A DNA stretch of 64,000 bases. It comes from Candidatus Bipolaricaulia bacterium (GTDB lineage: Bacteria > Bipolaricaulota > Bipolaricaulia > RBG-16-55-9). The stretch spans positions 86,095 to 150,094 of the forward strand of contig JBDGQO010000003.1 in NCBI GenBank assembly GCA_042219045.1, given 5' to 3'. Each line of letters starts with the position of its first letter. The stretch's first letter is position 1. The translations under genes were made by a program, and so were the position numbers. The notes beneath the pieces are model-generated. The model did no database searches and was not told the origin of the DNA. It was given only the letters and a program-made list of their open reading frames with translations. Of the stretch, positions 1 through 9,833 are shown piece by piece.

Positions 1-16
1 GGACTGGTACGGTCTG

Positions 17-1171
17 TCAGTCCTCGTCATCGCCGCCATCATCGCCGCGTCGACGAATAAAGGTGGGGATGTCCCAATCCCCGGGACGTTCGCGCTTCTC
101 TGTTGATGGCGAATCGTCGCTGTGGTTGTTGCGGTCGTGGTTGAACTGCGCCTCGTACTCCTTGAACTCGTCCTCGGATTCCAGTTCCTCGAACTCCTCA
201 TCCTCGATCGGCTTAAACCCGGTCGCGATAAGCGTGATCTTCAATCCGTCAAAATCATCCTTGACCGTCGTGCCGAAGAAGATGTCGGCGGATTCGCTGA
301 CCGCGTCTCGGATCAACTGGGCGGCTTCGGTGACTTCTTCCAGCGTCAGGTCCGTGCCGCCGGTGATGTTCATGATGACGCGTTGGGCCCCCTCGACCGA
401 GCCCTCCAGCAGCGGACTCGTGATCGCGCTGCGGGCGGCCTCGCGGGTGCGGCTTTCGCCTTCGCCTTCGCCGATGCCCATGAGCGCTGTGCCCGCCTTG
501 CGCATGGTCGTCTCCACGTCGGCGAAGTCCATGTTGATCATGCCGGGCGTCGTGATCAAGTCGGTGATGCCCTGCACGCCTTGACGCAGAATGTCGTCAA
601 CCAGGTCAAACGCCTGCATCAGAGGAAGATCGGCAGGGGCAACCTTCAGAAGCCGATCGTTCGGGATCGTGATGAGCGTGTCCACGTACTGGCGCAGCTC
701 TTCGATGCCCTTCTTGCAGCGTTCGGCCCGCTGGTGCCCTTCGAAGGCAAACGGCCGCGTCACGATCCCCACGTTGAGCACGCCGGCCTCCTGGGCCAGT
801 CGAGCGATCACGGGCGCCGCGCCCGTGCCGGTGCCGCCGCCCATGCCCGACGTGATGAAGAGCATGTCGATGTCTTCCAGGATATCGTGGAGTTCGCCCT
901 CGGATTCCTCGGCCGCGCGACGTCCGACATCGGGGTCACCACCGGCTCCCAATCCCCCGGTCAGCTTGGAGCCGATCTGGACGTGTTGGTGCGCTTCAAT
1001 CACTTCGAGCACCTGCGCGTCGGTATTGACGGCCACGAGGTCCACGTCCTTGACCTTGGCCTGCACCATGCGACTGACGGCGTTGCACCCGCCGCCACCG
1101 ACCCCGACGACTCGAATGCGGGCGAGCCCATTGTTGCTGCGTGCCCGTTCCATGACTCGCTCCTCCCTCAT
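17..1171 (-). CDS. ftsZ: Cell division GTPase FtsZ
   Basis: Translation has the tubulin-like GGGTGTG signature, NVGIVTRPFAFEG, and a C-terminal DIPTFIRRR peptide after an acidic linker. It is adjacent to ftsA. Confidence 0.95.
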   Translation of the reverse strand: MREERVMERARSNNGLARIRVVGVGGGGCNAVSRMVQAKVKDVDLVAVNTDAQVLEVIEAHQHVQIGSKLTGGLGAGGDPDVGRRAAEESEGELHDILEDIDMLFITSGMGGGTGTGAAPVIARLAQEAGVLNVGIVTRPFAFEGHQRAERCKKGIEELRQYVDTLITIPNDRLLKVAPADLPLMQAFDLVDDILRQGVQGITDLITTPGMINMDFADVETTMRKAGTALMGIGEGEGESRTREAARSAITSPLLEGSVEGAQRVIMNITGGTDLTLEEVTEAAQLIRDAVSESADIFFGTTVKDDFDGLKITLIATGFKPIEDEEFEELESEDEFKEYEAQFNHDRNNHSDDSPSTEKRERPGDWDIPTFIRRRGDDGGDDED

Positions 1172-1195
1172 CTCATGTCCAACATGCCCAACTCG

Positions 1196-2479
1196 CTAGC
1201 TGGCCGACCCGCGGAAGACCTGGTTCAGCCAGCGGAGGACTTTGGTGAAGACCGTGTCGTCGCCGCGACCGTTGCGGCGGGGACTGCCGACTTCGTCGTG
1301 GCGGCCTTCGCCGTAGCGGAAGTCGAACTCGCGCGAATCCATGGCGTACTTCAACAAGCCGATGGCCGTTGCGTAGACGGGGCTCTCCACGATGTCGCGC
1401 AGCCCGTGGATCCCTTGCGGCGTCTTGCCCCGGCGGACGGCGATGTTGTAGCGTTCCTGGACGAACTCCGGAATCCCTTTCAACAACGCCGTTCCACCAG
1501 TCAGCACGATGCCGGCCGGGACCAGATCTCGATATCCCGCGTCCTCGATTTCGCCCATGGCCAAGTCGAAGAGCTCTTCGAGGCGCGGCTCGATGATCTT
1601 GGCTAGCTTCCGTTTGCTGATGCTCTTCTTCTCGCCGCTGATCGTGGTAATCTCAAAGCGTTCTTCCCCGCTGACCTCGTCCACCCGCGGCAGCCCTTCG
1701 GTCCGTTTGATCCGCTCGGCCTCTTGATACTCGACTTTCAGGCCGACCGTGATGTCGTTGGTGATGTGCTCGCCCGCAATGGGCAGAATTTTGGAAAACC
1801 AGATGTCGCCGCGCCGGAAGATCGCGATGTCGGTCGTGCCGCCGCCGATGTCCATGAGCACGACGCCGAGCTCCTTTTCGGCCTCGGAGAGCACGGCGTA
1901 GCTGCTGGCCAGCGGCTGGAGCACGATCTTTTCGATGTCAATGCCGACGTTGGTCACACAGCGGTAGATGTTGTGCACGGCCGTCATCGAGCCCGTCACA
2001 ATGTGGACGTCGACTTCCAGTCGGGTGCCGGTCATCCCAACAGGGTCCGTGATCCCCTCCTGGCCGTCGACGATGTACTGGCGCGGGATCACGTGGATCA
2101 GCTCGGCGTCGGGGGCGATCTGAATCGCTTGTGCCGTGTCAATCACGCGTCGGACATCGTCGGTGGTGATGGTGCGATTGTCGCGGGAAATGCTGACCGT
2201 GCCGGAGTTGTTGATGGAGGTGATATGCTTGCCGGCAATGCCGGCAAAGACGTGGTCAATCTCCATGTCGGCCATGTTCTCTGCTTCGTCGACGGATCGA
2301 CGAATGGAGTTGGTCGTCTCGCCGATGTCGACGACGACACCCTTCTCCAGGCCGCGAGATGGAGCCTTGCCCATGCCGATGATCTCAATGACACCGTTCT
2401 CGACACTGCCAACGAGGGTCACGACCTTCGTCGTGCCTATGTCGAGCCCGATGAGCAAGCCCCCGTTCCCTCTCACCAT
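1196..2479 (-). CDS. ftsA: Cell division protein FtsA (actin-like ATPase)
   Basis: N-terminal GLDIGTTKV actin-fold phosphate-1 motif and a DIGGGTTD motif. Sits between ftsQ and ftsZ in the canonical order. Confidence 0.9.
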   Translation of the reverse strand: MVRGNGGLLIGLDIGTTKVVTLVGSVENGVIEIIGMGKAPSRGLEKGVVVDIGETTNSIRRSVDEAENMADMEIDHVFAGIAGKHITSINNSGTVSISRDNRTITTDDVRRVIDTAQAIQIAPDAELIHVIPRQYIVDGQEGITDPVGMTGTRLEVDVHIVTGSMTAVHNIYRCVTNVGIDIEKIVLQPLASSYAVLSEAEKELGVVLMDIGGGTTDIAIFRRGDIWFSKILPIAGEHITNDITVGLKVEYQEAERIKRTEGLPRVDEVSGEERFEITTISGEKKSISKRKLAKIIEPRLEELFDLAMGEIEDAGYRDLVPAGIVLTGGTALLKGIPEFVQERYNIAVRRGKTPQGIHGLRDIVESPVYATAIGLLKYAMDSREFDFRYGEGRHDEVGSPRRNGRGDDTVFTKVLRWLNQVFRGSAS

Positions 2480-2563
2480 GATTTCATCCCTCTCACCGCC
2501 TCAAGCGTGGGGGGGTGATCTCTTCATCTTGGGGGAGAGCCCAGAGCCATGTCAAGTCTGGTC

Positions 2564-3286
2564 TCATCGTCCAACGACCACCTCGCCCGGAATTCTCAAG
2601 TCGAGGGTGCGCCAGCTTGGGGCCCCCTCCTCGCGAAGCGCCTCGACCACGCGCTCCAACCGCGAAACCTGCTCCGATAACCCTCGAGGCGGCAGCAGCA
2701 CGCGCCAACCTTCCCGGGTGCGCAGTATCCAATCGTAGCCTCGGACGCGTAGCGTGACGAACTGGCGCAGCTTCTCGCCGCCGAGCGCGTAAAGCGAACG
2801 GAGCGCGCGGAGCCCGCTTTCCGACTTCAGTTGAGGACCTTGGGGAGAGGATGTCCTCTCGACGCCCGAAACAGTGGGCAGCAGCGGTGGCGGTTGATCC
2901 ACGCGTCCAAACAGAACGCCGTCGCGGTCGGCCCAGTAACGCTGGTCGTTGGCAAGTTCAACGATTCCGTGTGGGTGCCGTTCCGTGACCTTGATCCGGA
3001 CGACGACTCGGTTCGACGAGGCGTCCTTCGATGTGACGTCGACTTGAGCTCGACGAACCCGGGGGAGCTGCTTGAGCGCATCAACGGCACGGATCTCAGC
3101 TTGAGGCGTCCACGACGCCCCCGGTTCCAGGCTGCTTTCGCTTCGGATCGTCTCTGGATCCAAGCGCTCGACACCGGTGACGTTCACCCGTGCAATTTCG
3201 GGTGGGGCCTCCGGTCCCGACACCAACTGCCAGGCGACAAGGCTCAAGCCACCAAGGGCCACCACCAGGAGAATCCCCCCTCTCAC
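2564..3286 (-). CDS. ftsQ: Cell division protein FtsQ/DivIB (POTRA domain)
   Basis: N-terminal TM helix followed by a POTRA-like region (IARVNVTG...). Located between murB and ftsA. Confidence 0.7.
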   Translation of the reverse strand: MRGGILLVVALGGLSLVAWQLVSGPEAPPEIARVNVTGVERLDPETIRSESSLEPGASWTPQAEIRAVDALKQLPRVRRAQVDVTSKDASSNRVVVRIKVTERHPHGIVELANDQRYWADRDGVLFGRVDQPPPLLPTVSGVERTSSPQGPQLKSESGLRALRSLYALGGEKLRQFVTLRVRGYDWILRTREGWRVLLPPRGLSEQVSRLERVVEALREEGAPSWRTLDLRIPGEVVVGR

Positions 3287-3294
3287 CAGGGGCC

Positions 3295-4185
3295 TCAGTT
3301 GGGAACGACGACGAGTTCGAGTCTCAACGTTACCCCAAACTCTTTGTACACCTTCTCTCTGGCGATGTCAATCAGATTTTGCAGATCATCAGCGGTGGCT
3401 CGCCGTTCGTTAACCATGAAGTTGGCATGTCGTGGGGAGATCAACGCGCCGCCCCAACGTTGTCCCTTCAGGCCAGCTCGTTCGAGCATCTGGCCGGCGC
3501 TCAGTTCTCCGGGGGGATTGGCAAAGACGCAGCCCGGGCTCGGCTGCCGCAGGGGTTGGACCGATCGTCGATGGGCCATCAACGCCTGCGGGTCGACGCG
3601 TTGAGGCTTCCCAATGCGGAATTGTCCCTCCAGAATGACGTAATCGTGATGCCGAAACAGACTATCGCGATAGCCGAACGCGCATTCGTCGGGCGTCAGC
3701 GTCACCAGTTGGCCATCGGGTCTCAGTGCTGTTACCCGTTCGAGCATGTCCGCAATCGTCGTGTCGCGGCTGCCGGCGTTCATGGTCAGCGCGCCGCCGA
3801 TGGAGCCCGGGATGCCGATCAGGCCATCAAAGTCGTAATACCGTTGAGCACGGAGGCGTCCCATTGTGGCTCCAAGGCCAGCTCCTGCTTGGACGGTCAA
3901 TCGATCCGCCTCGATCCGGGTCCGACTGAATGCGCGACCGAGATGGATCACCAATCCGGGGAAGCCGGAATCGGGAAACAGCACGTTCGTGCCATTGCCA
4001 AGCACCGTCCACGGCAGCGCGTGATCCTCCGCGTAACCAACCAACTCGGCCACCTGCTCAACGTCGGTGGGTTGCGCATACAGCCGAGCGGGGCCCCCGA
4101 TGTCGAGCGACGTCAGCGGCGCGAGGGGCACGTTCGCTTGAACGACCGTCTCGATGGAGCTCGGGGGGGCAGCCAGAGTCGTCAT
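3295..4185 (-). CDS. murB: UDP-N-acetylenolpyruvoylglucosamine reductase MurB
   Basis: FAD-binding N-terminus (LTSLDIGGPARLY), a GNGTNVLF motif, and the MurB C-terminal domain. Correct position in the dcw cluster. Confidence 0.85.
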   Translation of the reverse strand: MTTLAAPPSSIETVVQANVPLAPLTSLDIGGPARLYAQPTDVEQVAELVGYAEDHALPWTVLGNGTNVLFPDSGFPGLVIHLGRAFSRTRIEADRLTVQAGAGLGATMGRLRAQRYYDFDGLIGIPGSIGGALTMNAGSRDTTIADMLERVTALRPDGQLVTLTPDECAFGYRDSLFRHHDYVILEGQFRIGKPQRVDPQALMAHRRSVQPLRQPSPGCVFANPPGELSAGQMLERAGLKGQRWGGALISPRHANFMVNERRATADDLQNLIDIAREKVYKEFGVTLRLELVVVPN

Positions 4186-5558
4186 CGCGTCCTCCCTTCT
4201 CGGGCGACTTGGTGGAGCACGTCGCCGATATCGCCGGGCCCGAACCCGATGATGAAGTCGCCCGGCTCGGAGCGACGGCGCAGGAACCCATACACGTCGT
4301 CGAGCGTGGGCAGGTAATGGACTTCGGGATGCTCGCGACGGATCGCCTCCACGATGCGCTGCGAGCTGACGCCGGGAATGGGCGACTCGAACGCCGGATA
4401 GATATCCGAGACGATGACTTGATCGGCACCACGGAACGCCCGCGCAAACTGTTTGTGCAGATAGCTCATGCGCGAGTAGCGATGGGGTTGGAACACGGCG
4501 ATGACCCGCCGCGGCTGCCAGCCGCGGCGAACGGCGTCCAGATTGACGTCGATCTGAGTCGGAAGATGGGCGTAGTCGTCGACGACGACCCGCCCGTTCT
4601 CCTCCAACACCTGGAAGCGGCGTTCGGGCAACTGGAACGTGGACAGCGTCTCGATCATGTCCGTGAAATCCAGACCCGAGAGATGGCCCGCCAACAGTGC
4701 CGCCAACGCGTTGGCGACGTTATGGCGGCCGGGAGCGGGAAGCGCCAACTGACCGATCTTTTCGCCCTGGAACCAGATGTCCGCGGTGGTCGCGCGCCGG
4801 TGTTGGCGAACGTGTCGCGCCTCGAGATCGGCGTCGTGATTCAGCCCGAACGTCCAGGCCTCCGAGGCGGCTTCCTTGAGCACCTCCGTGTGCGGATCGT
4901 CCGCGGACAGAATCGCCTTCCGGCTCTGGCCCACGAACTCGCGAAATGCGGAGACCAAGCACCCCTCGCTGCCGTAGGTGGTGAGGTGATCCCGACCCAC
5001 GTTGCAGACGATGCCGATCTCCGAGGCAAACTGGCGGAAACGCCCGTCGCTTTCGTCGACCTCCGCGACGAGCCAGGGACTGGCCCCTAAGCGCGCGTGC
5101 CCGCCCAATGAGGGCGACGGGGCCCCGACCAGATAGGACGGATCACGCCCGGCTGCCTTGAGCAGTGCGGCCGTCATGGCGCTCGTCGTCGTCTTGCCGT
5201 GGGTTCCGGCGATCGCCAGCGTCTGGTGACTGGCGATGAGCCGTCCCAACACCTCTTGGCGATGATAGACGGGCATCGACTGGCGGGCTGCCGCCTTCAG
5301 CTCGAGATTATTCGTCTGGATAGCTGAGGAATAGACGACCGAGCGATCGCCAGCCAGTTGGGCATCGTCGTGGCCGAGATGGATCGGCACGCCTGCGGCC
5401 TGGAGCGCGCGGGTATGAGCGTTATCGCGAAGATCCGATCCGCTCACCGAGTGCCCGCGCTCGTGAAGCAACCAAGCCAAGGCGCTCATGCCATCTCCGC
5501 CGATGCCGATAAAGTGGTAGGACTCGCGCAGGGGCATCATGGCGTAGATACCGGTCAA
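4182..5558 (-). CDS. murC: UDP-N-acetylmuramate--L-alanine ligase MurC
   Basis: HFIGIGGDGMSALA N-terminal Rossmann motif, a GTHGKTTTS P-loop, and the Mur ligase C-terminal domain. The start may be one of the internal Met at 5540 or 5537. Confidence 0.9.
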   Translation of the reverse strand: MTGIYAMMPLRESYHFIGIGGDGMSALAWLLHERGHSVSGSDLRDNAHTRALQAAGVPIHLGHDDAQLAGDRSVVYSSAIQTNNLELKAAARQSMPVYHRQEVLGRLIASHQTLAIAGTHGKTTTSAMTAALLKAAGRDPSYLVGAPSPSLGGHARLGASPWLVAEVDESDGRFRQFASEIGIVCNVGRDHLTTYGSEGCLVSAFREFVGQSRKAILSADDPHTEVLKEAASEAWTFGLNHDADLEARHVRQHRRATTADIWFQGEKIGQLALPAPGRHNVANALAALLAGHLSGLDFTDMIETLSTFQLPERRFQVLEENGRVVVDDYAHLPTQIDVNLDAVRRGWQPRRVIAVFQPHRYSRMSYLHKQFARAFRGADQVIVSDIYPAFESPIPGVSSQRIVEAIRREHPEVHYLPTLDDVYGFLRRRSEPGDFIIGFGPGDIGDVLHQVAREGRTR

Positions 5559-6630
5559 CCTCCCTCATCAGATGATCATGGGCCTCCGTTTGGGCCAAGC
5601 GGTTGCAGGCCTCGCGCAACTCGGCACGAGCGGCCGAACCGTCGAGCAGAGCGATCGTTTCGTCGAGCAATGTCGTCTCGCCCAGGTCCCGTTCGCTCAG
5701 CCATCGGCACGCGCCGCGCTCGGCAAACCAGCGGGCATTGGCGGTCTGATGGTCGTCGGCCGCGTGGGGCCAGGGCACGGCGATCGTCGGGACCTCAAGC
5801 GCGACCAGCTCGCTCAGCGTCGACCCGCCGGCTCGCGAGATCGCCACGTCCGCCGCGCGCATCCACAAGCCGATGTTGGGCGTGTGGTGGATGACGCTTA
5901 AGTCGGCATCGCGAGCGTTTGGCCGGAGCCGGGTGGCGTCTCGTCCGGCGACGATCGCCAGCTGGGCGTGCCGAGCTTGCAGCTGAGCCCATCCCCTCAG
6001 CAGCGTGTCGTTGACGGTTCGGGCACCATTGGAACCGCCCATGGCGAGTACGAGCGGCCGTTTCGGGTCGATCCCCAATTCGGCCTTCGCAGCCTGAGGC
6101 GAGCAGTGGCGCAGTCGGCGAATGCCGTCGCGCAGCGGCACGCCCACCACCGACGCGTCGGGCGCGTTCAGACAGTGGGCGGTGTCGGGGAAGCTCAGGA
6201 AGACGCGATCGACGCGCGGCGCCAACAGCCGCGTCACCAAGCCCGGGCGAACGTTCTGTTCGTGAATGATGGTTGGAATGCCCAACAGCGACGCGCCCAA
6301 AACCGGCGCAAACGCCGTGTATCCCCCCGTTCCGATGACGACGCTCGGACGGAAGCGGCGCAGGATCGCTAAGGACTGGCCGAGGCCGAGGACGTTCATC
6401 CCCAGTGCCGTCACGGCCGCCAACGAGAGTTCGCGCAGCACGCCGCGCGCGTGGATGGCATGGCGCTGGACGTCGGGCCAATCCGACAGAACGCGGGACT
6501 CCAGTCCTCGGAACGTCCCGACATGGCCGACGGTCAAGGCGTCACCGTAGCGCCGGCGGAGCGTCTCGATAAGGGCCAGCGCGGGATAGAGGTGCCCTCC
6601 GGTCCCGCCGCCGGCGACCAAGACGGTCAT
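5422..6630 (-). CDS. murG: Undecaprenyldiphospho-muramoylpentapeptide beta-N-acetylglucosaminyltransferase MurG
   Basis: Canonical N-terminus MTVLVAGGGTGGHLYPALA. Start trimmed to that Met. The Arg-rich C-terminal tail overlaps the murC start. Confidence 0.9.
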   Translation of the reverse strand: MTVLVAGGGTGGHLYPALALIETLRRRYGDALTVGHVGTFRGLESRVLSDWPDVQRHAIHARGVLRELSLAAVTALGMNVLGLGQSLAILRRFRPSVVIGTGGYTAFAPVLGASLLGIPTIIHEQNVRPGLVTRLLAPRVDRVFLSFPDTAHCLNAPDASVVGVPLRDGIRRLRHCSPQAAKAELGIDPKRPLVLAMGGSNGARTVNDTLLRGWAQLQARHAQLAIVAGRDATRLRPNARDADLSVIHHTPNIGLWMRAADVAISRAGGSTLSELVALEVPTIAVPWPHAADDHQTANARWFAERGACRWLSERDLGETTLLDETIALLDGSAARAELREACNRLAQTEAHDHLMREVDRYLRHDAPARVLPLYRHRRRWHERLGLVASRARALGERIGSSR

Positions 6631-7786
6631 CAAAAACCCCTTCCTCGGTCCTTGTTTGTCGAGCAATGCTGAGCAGGATGCCGACCATGGCCATGGAGAC
6701 AATCAGCGAGGACCCGCCATAGCTCACAAACGGCAACGTCAGGCCCGTCACGGGCAACGCGCCGACGGCCACGCCGACATTGACAGCCGCCTGGAGCGCG
6801 ATCGCGAATGTCAATCCCGATGCCAACATAAATCCAAAGAAGTCGGAGGCGTACAGAGCGATGCGAACTCCGCAGCCCACGACGACGCCGATCAAGACAA
6901 TCAAGAGAACGACGCCCATGAATCCCAACTCTTCCCCAACAATGGAGACGATAAAGTCGTTGTAAGCCGAGGGGAGATAGAGCCACTTCTCGCGGCTGGC
7001 TCCCAGACCTCGGCCCGTTAGGCCGCCCGAGCCGAGCGCCACGAACGATTGCAGCAGGTGATAGCCCTCGTCGCGCGGATTCGACAGGGGATTGAGGAAC
7101 GTCAAGAGCCGCTCGCGTCGATACGGGGCCGACCAGAGCAGCGCAAACAGCATCGGCAGGGCTGTTAAGATGGGCCCCATCAGATGGCGCAGTCGAGCAC
7201 CGGCCATCCAGAGCATGAACCCGGCAAGCGCCCCGTAGAGCACGACGAGCGCAAAGTCCGGCTGCAAGAACGCTATCAACGCAAAGGGAGCCGCCAGCGC
7301 CATGGCCGGAATGACGCCGTTTGACAACGACTGGATGTCACCGTTGTCGCGTTTGCGAACCAAGACGGCCGCCAGCGCGATTATGAGCGCCAACTTGGCC
7401 ACTTCCGTGGGTTGGAACGAAGCTGGACCGAGACGGAGCCACAGGCCGTTGGGGGCCAGAGCCGGAACGAGCGTCAGCGCGGACAGGCCGAGCGCGCCCA
7501 GCAGCAACACGGCGTCGTAGCGCATCCAACGGCGATAGTCGATGCGCATCAAGATCATAAGCGCGCCGAGGCCGACCACAGCTGCAATGCCTTGTTTCAG
7601 AAAGAGATAGCTGGGTTGGCGATAGACGGCCTCGGAGATGGGGATGCTCGCGGACGCCACCATCAGGAGTCCGAGCAGAACCAGGGCACTTGTGGCGACC
7701 CAGAGCGTTGCCTCAGTGGAGGCCAACGGATGACCCGCGCGGTTCGTCGTCGACGGGTCGGTTATGGTCCCAGAAATGCCCCTCAT
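6542..7786 (-). CDS. ftsW: SEDS-family peptidoglycan glycosyltransferase FtsW
   Basis: Ten predicted TM segments and RodA/FtsW family motifs (SGGLTGRGLG, PFVSYGGSSL). Sits between murD and murG. Confidence 0.85.
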   Translation of the reverse strand: MRGISGTITDPSTTNRAGHPLASTEATLWVATSALVLLGLLMVASASIPISEAVYRQPSYLFLKQGIAAVVGLGALMILMRIDYRRWMRYDAVLLLGALGLSALTLVPALAPNGLWLRLGPASFQPTEVAKLALIIALAAVLVRKRDNGDIQSLSNGVIPAMALAAPFALIAFLQPDFALVVLYGALAGFMLWMAGARLRHLMGPILTALPMLFALLWSAPYRRERLLTFLNPLSNPRDEGYHLLQSFVALGSGGLTGRGLGASREKWLYLPSAYNDFIVSIVGEELGFMGVVLLIVLIGVVVGCGVRIALYASDFFGFMLASGLTFAIALQAAVNVGVAVGALPVTGLTLPFVSYGGSSLIVSMAMVGILLSIARQTRTEEGVFDDRLGRRRRDRRAPLSRAGPYRDAPPALR

Positions 7787-7855
7787 ACGTCACCCCCGAA
7801 TGGTGGAATCGGCCAACGAACTGACGAAATCTTTTCTAGGGTTCCAGCGAACGTT

Positions 7856-9199
7856 TCAGAAGGACCGACGCTCAAGCGTCGGGCCCACTTGATCACCCCA
7901 TGCGGTGACCTGTGTCTGAGCATGCATGGCGACGGCCGTGCGAAAGGCGTCGCCGCGGGTGGCATAGCTATTGAACTGATCGAAGCTGGCCGCGCCTGGG
8001 GAGAAAAGACAGACGTCGGGCCGGTATCGGCCGACGCTGCGCATCAACTGATCCAACGAGGCGATCGGCCGAATGTGGCGGCACCCGATTGAGCGGAGCC
8101 GCCGCATCCAACGCTGCCGGGCATCGCCCATGAGATAGACGACCTCGGGCCGCCGCTGGGCGATCTCGTCGGTCAGCTCTTGGAGATCCTCGCCCTGGGA
8201 GCGCCCACCGAGCACAAGGGCCACGGACTCGTCCGGAAATGCCTGCAGCGCCGCCGCAGTTGCGGTGGGCGTGGTCGACTTGGCGTCATTGACGAAGCGC
8301 GTGCCCGCCAGTGTGGCGACCGTTTCGAGGCGGTGCGGAAGCTCGATTGCGGGGCCCAGCGCGCTTCCCGGAAGCGAAACGTGCGGATCCAGCCGACGGG
8401 CAGCCGCCATGGCCGCTGCCAAGTTCTCACGCTGATGGAACGGCCAACGGATTTCACCCACGTCATGGGCGGCAAATCGCTCGCAGGCCGCTCGGCCCCA
8501 CGGCAGCGACGGGGCTTGATGGTGGACGATCGCCGCGTCGCCCTCGTGCTGATGCCGAAACAGCCGGGCTTTGGCTTGGAAATAGCGCTCGGTGGTGCCG
8601 TGTCGATCCAGATGGTGGGGCGCGAATCGTGTGAGAACGCCGACGGTTGGGCAGAAGGTATCGACATGCTCCAGCTGGAAGCTGCTGACTTCGAGCACGA
8701 TGACCGTGTGTGAATCGATGCTCGCCAGTGCCTCGGTGAAGGGAACGCCGATGTTGCCGGCCGTCACGACGGAGTGGCCACGTTGACCCAACAAGTTGGC
8801 AATGAGGTGCGTTGTGGTCGTCTTGCCGACGGTGCCGGTGACGGCGATGATCCGCTTACTGGGGCATTCGCGATAGGCCAGTTCCAACTCGCCGATGACG
8901 GGTATGCCGCAGGCTCGTGCTCGTTGAAGAATAGGGGCATTGACGGGAATACCGGGCGATGGCACGACAGCATCGACCGACAGGACGCGCTCAGAATGGC
9001 CGCACTCTTCCCAGGGAATGCCCAACGATGCCAGCTCGACTTTGACGTCGTTCGGAATCGGTTGGGCATCGCTGAGCAGGACGGCATTGCCTCGCGCGGT
9101 CAGATGTCGAAGGGCCGCCATTCCCGTCCGTCCAGCCCCCAACACGGCCACACGCTCTCGGCCAACGGGCGCTCCCTGGATCATCCCATTCCCCCTCAT
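7856..9199 (-). CDS. murD: UDP-N-acetylmuramoylalanine--D-glutamate ligase MurD
   Basis: N-terminal Rossmann fold VAVLGAGRTG, a Mur ligase P-loop GTVGKTTTT, and dcw position upstream of ftsW. Confidence 0.85.
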   Translation of the reverse strand: MRGNGMIQGAPVGRERVAVLGAGRTGMAALRHLTARGNAVLLSDAQPIPNDVKVELASLGIPWEECGHSERVLSVDAVVPSPGIPVNAPILQRARACGIPVIGELELAYRECPSKRIIAVTGTVGKTTTTHLIANLLGQRGHSVVTAGNIGVPFTEALASIDSHTVIVLEVSSFQLEHVDTFCPTVGVLTRFAPHHLDRHGTTERYFQAKARLFRHQHEGDAAIVHHQAPSLPWGRAACERFAAHDVGEIRWPFHQRENLAAAMAAARRLDPHVSLPGSALGPAIELPHRLETVATLAGTRFVNDAKSTTPTATAAALQAFPDESVALVLGGRSQGEDLQELTDEIAQRRPEVVYLMGDARQRWMRRLRSIGCRHIRPIASLDQLMRSVGRYRPDVCLFSPGAASFDQFNSYATRGDAFRTAVAMHAQTQVTAWGDQVGPTLERRSF

Positions 9200-9293
9200 T
9201 GTGGCTTCTCATCGTAGGGAGCGAGATGTGTTGACCGAAGCGCAGACGTGGCACGCGGAATGGACGCTCAGAACAGCTCGGGAAGACGCAGGC

Positions 9294-9308
9294 GGTCCAC
9301 TGAGTGGA
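9294..9308. repeat. Perfect inverted repeat GTCCAC-TGA-GTGGAC between fabZ and murD
   Basis: A 6-bp inverted repeat with a 3-nt spacer read directly from the sequence. It lies in the 171-nt gap separating the OM operon from the dcw operon. Confidence 0.4.
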
Positions 9309-9370
9309 CAGACGACCTTCCCCGTCGCGCGGACGCGTTTATCGGCTTTGCTGAATACGGATGGGGACGG

Positions 9371-9823
9371 TTAGGGGGCGTTGGCTGATGGGTCTTCATC
9401 TTCCGGGGTCTCTGCCATGAGCGAGATGGTCGCTTCGGCCACCGGCTCGCCGTCGACGCGTGCTTCCGCGTCAAAACGGAACATCGCTCGTCGGGCGCGC
9501 AGGAGCTTGGCCTCATAGATGACCTGGTCGCCGGGGCCCACTTGGCGGCGGAAGCGGGCGTTGTCGGCCCCCACCAGATAGCCGAGGGCTTGATCGCTGC
9601 CCGTTAACCGGGTGATGAGCAAGCCGGACGTCTGGGCCATGCCCTCGATCAGCAATGTCCCCGGCAGCACGGGGCGTCCCGGAAAATGGCCCTGAAGCAT
9701 CCACTCGTTCTGGCTGACGTTCTTGAGGGCCATGGCCCGATCCTCGGTGCGCTCCAGCACCCGATCGACCATCAGATAGGGGAAGCGGAGCGGAAGGAGC
9801 TCCAAGACGGACGGTTCGATCAC
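9371..9823 (-). CDS. fabZ: 3-hydroxyacyl-ACP dehydratase FabZ
   Basis: Hot-dog fold motifs LPLRFPYLMVDRV and HFPGRPVLPGTLLIEGMAQ. Start set at GTG 9823 to give about 150 aa and avoid overlapping the skp stop at 9834. Confidence 0.85.
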   Translation of the reverse strand: MIEPSVLELLPLRFPYLMVDRVLERTEDRAMALKNVSQNEWMLQGHFPGRPVLPGTLLIEGMAQTSGLLITRLTGSDQALGYLVGADNARFRRQVGPGDQVIYEAKLLRARRAMFRFDAEARVDGEPVAEATISLMAETPEDEDPSANAP

Positions 9824-9833
9824 CGGCTGGTCG

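Noticed and set aside
122-1606. 494-aa plus-strand ORF antisense to ftsZ/ftsA, and similar long antisense ORFs at 1724-2518, 3190-4317, 3930-5090, 14162-15547, 17155-18609, 36008-37630, 39815-41260, 52081-53655, 54161-55726 and 62033-63112
   Set aside because: Each sits opposite a confidently identified conserved gene. The translations are Arg/Ala/Gly-rich low complexity with no motifs. This is the typical stop-codon-poor antisense frame of a high-GC genome.
9200-9370. Promoter for the murD-ftsZ operon in the fabZ-murD gap
   Set aside because: Only weak -35/-10-like hexamers (GTCAAC...ATGAGA) were seen on the minus strand, which is not convincing enough to call.
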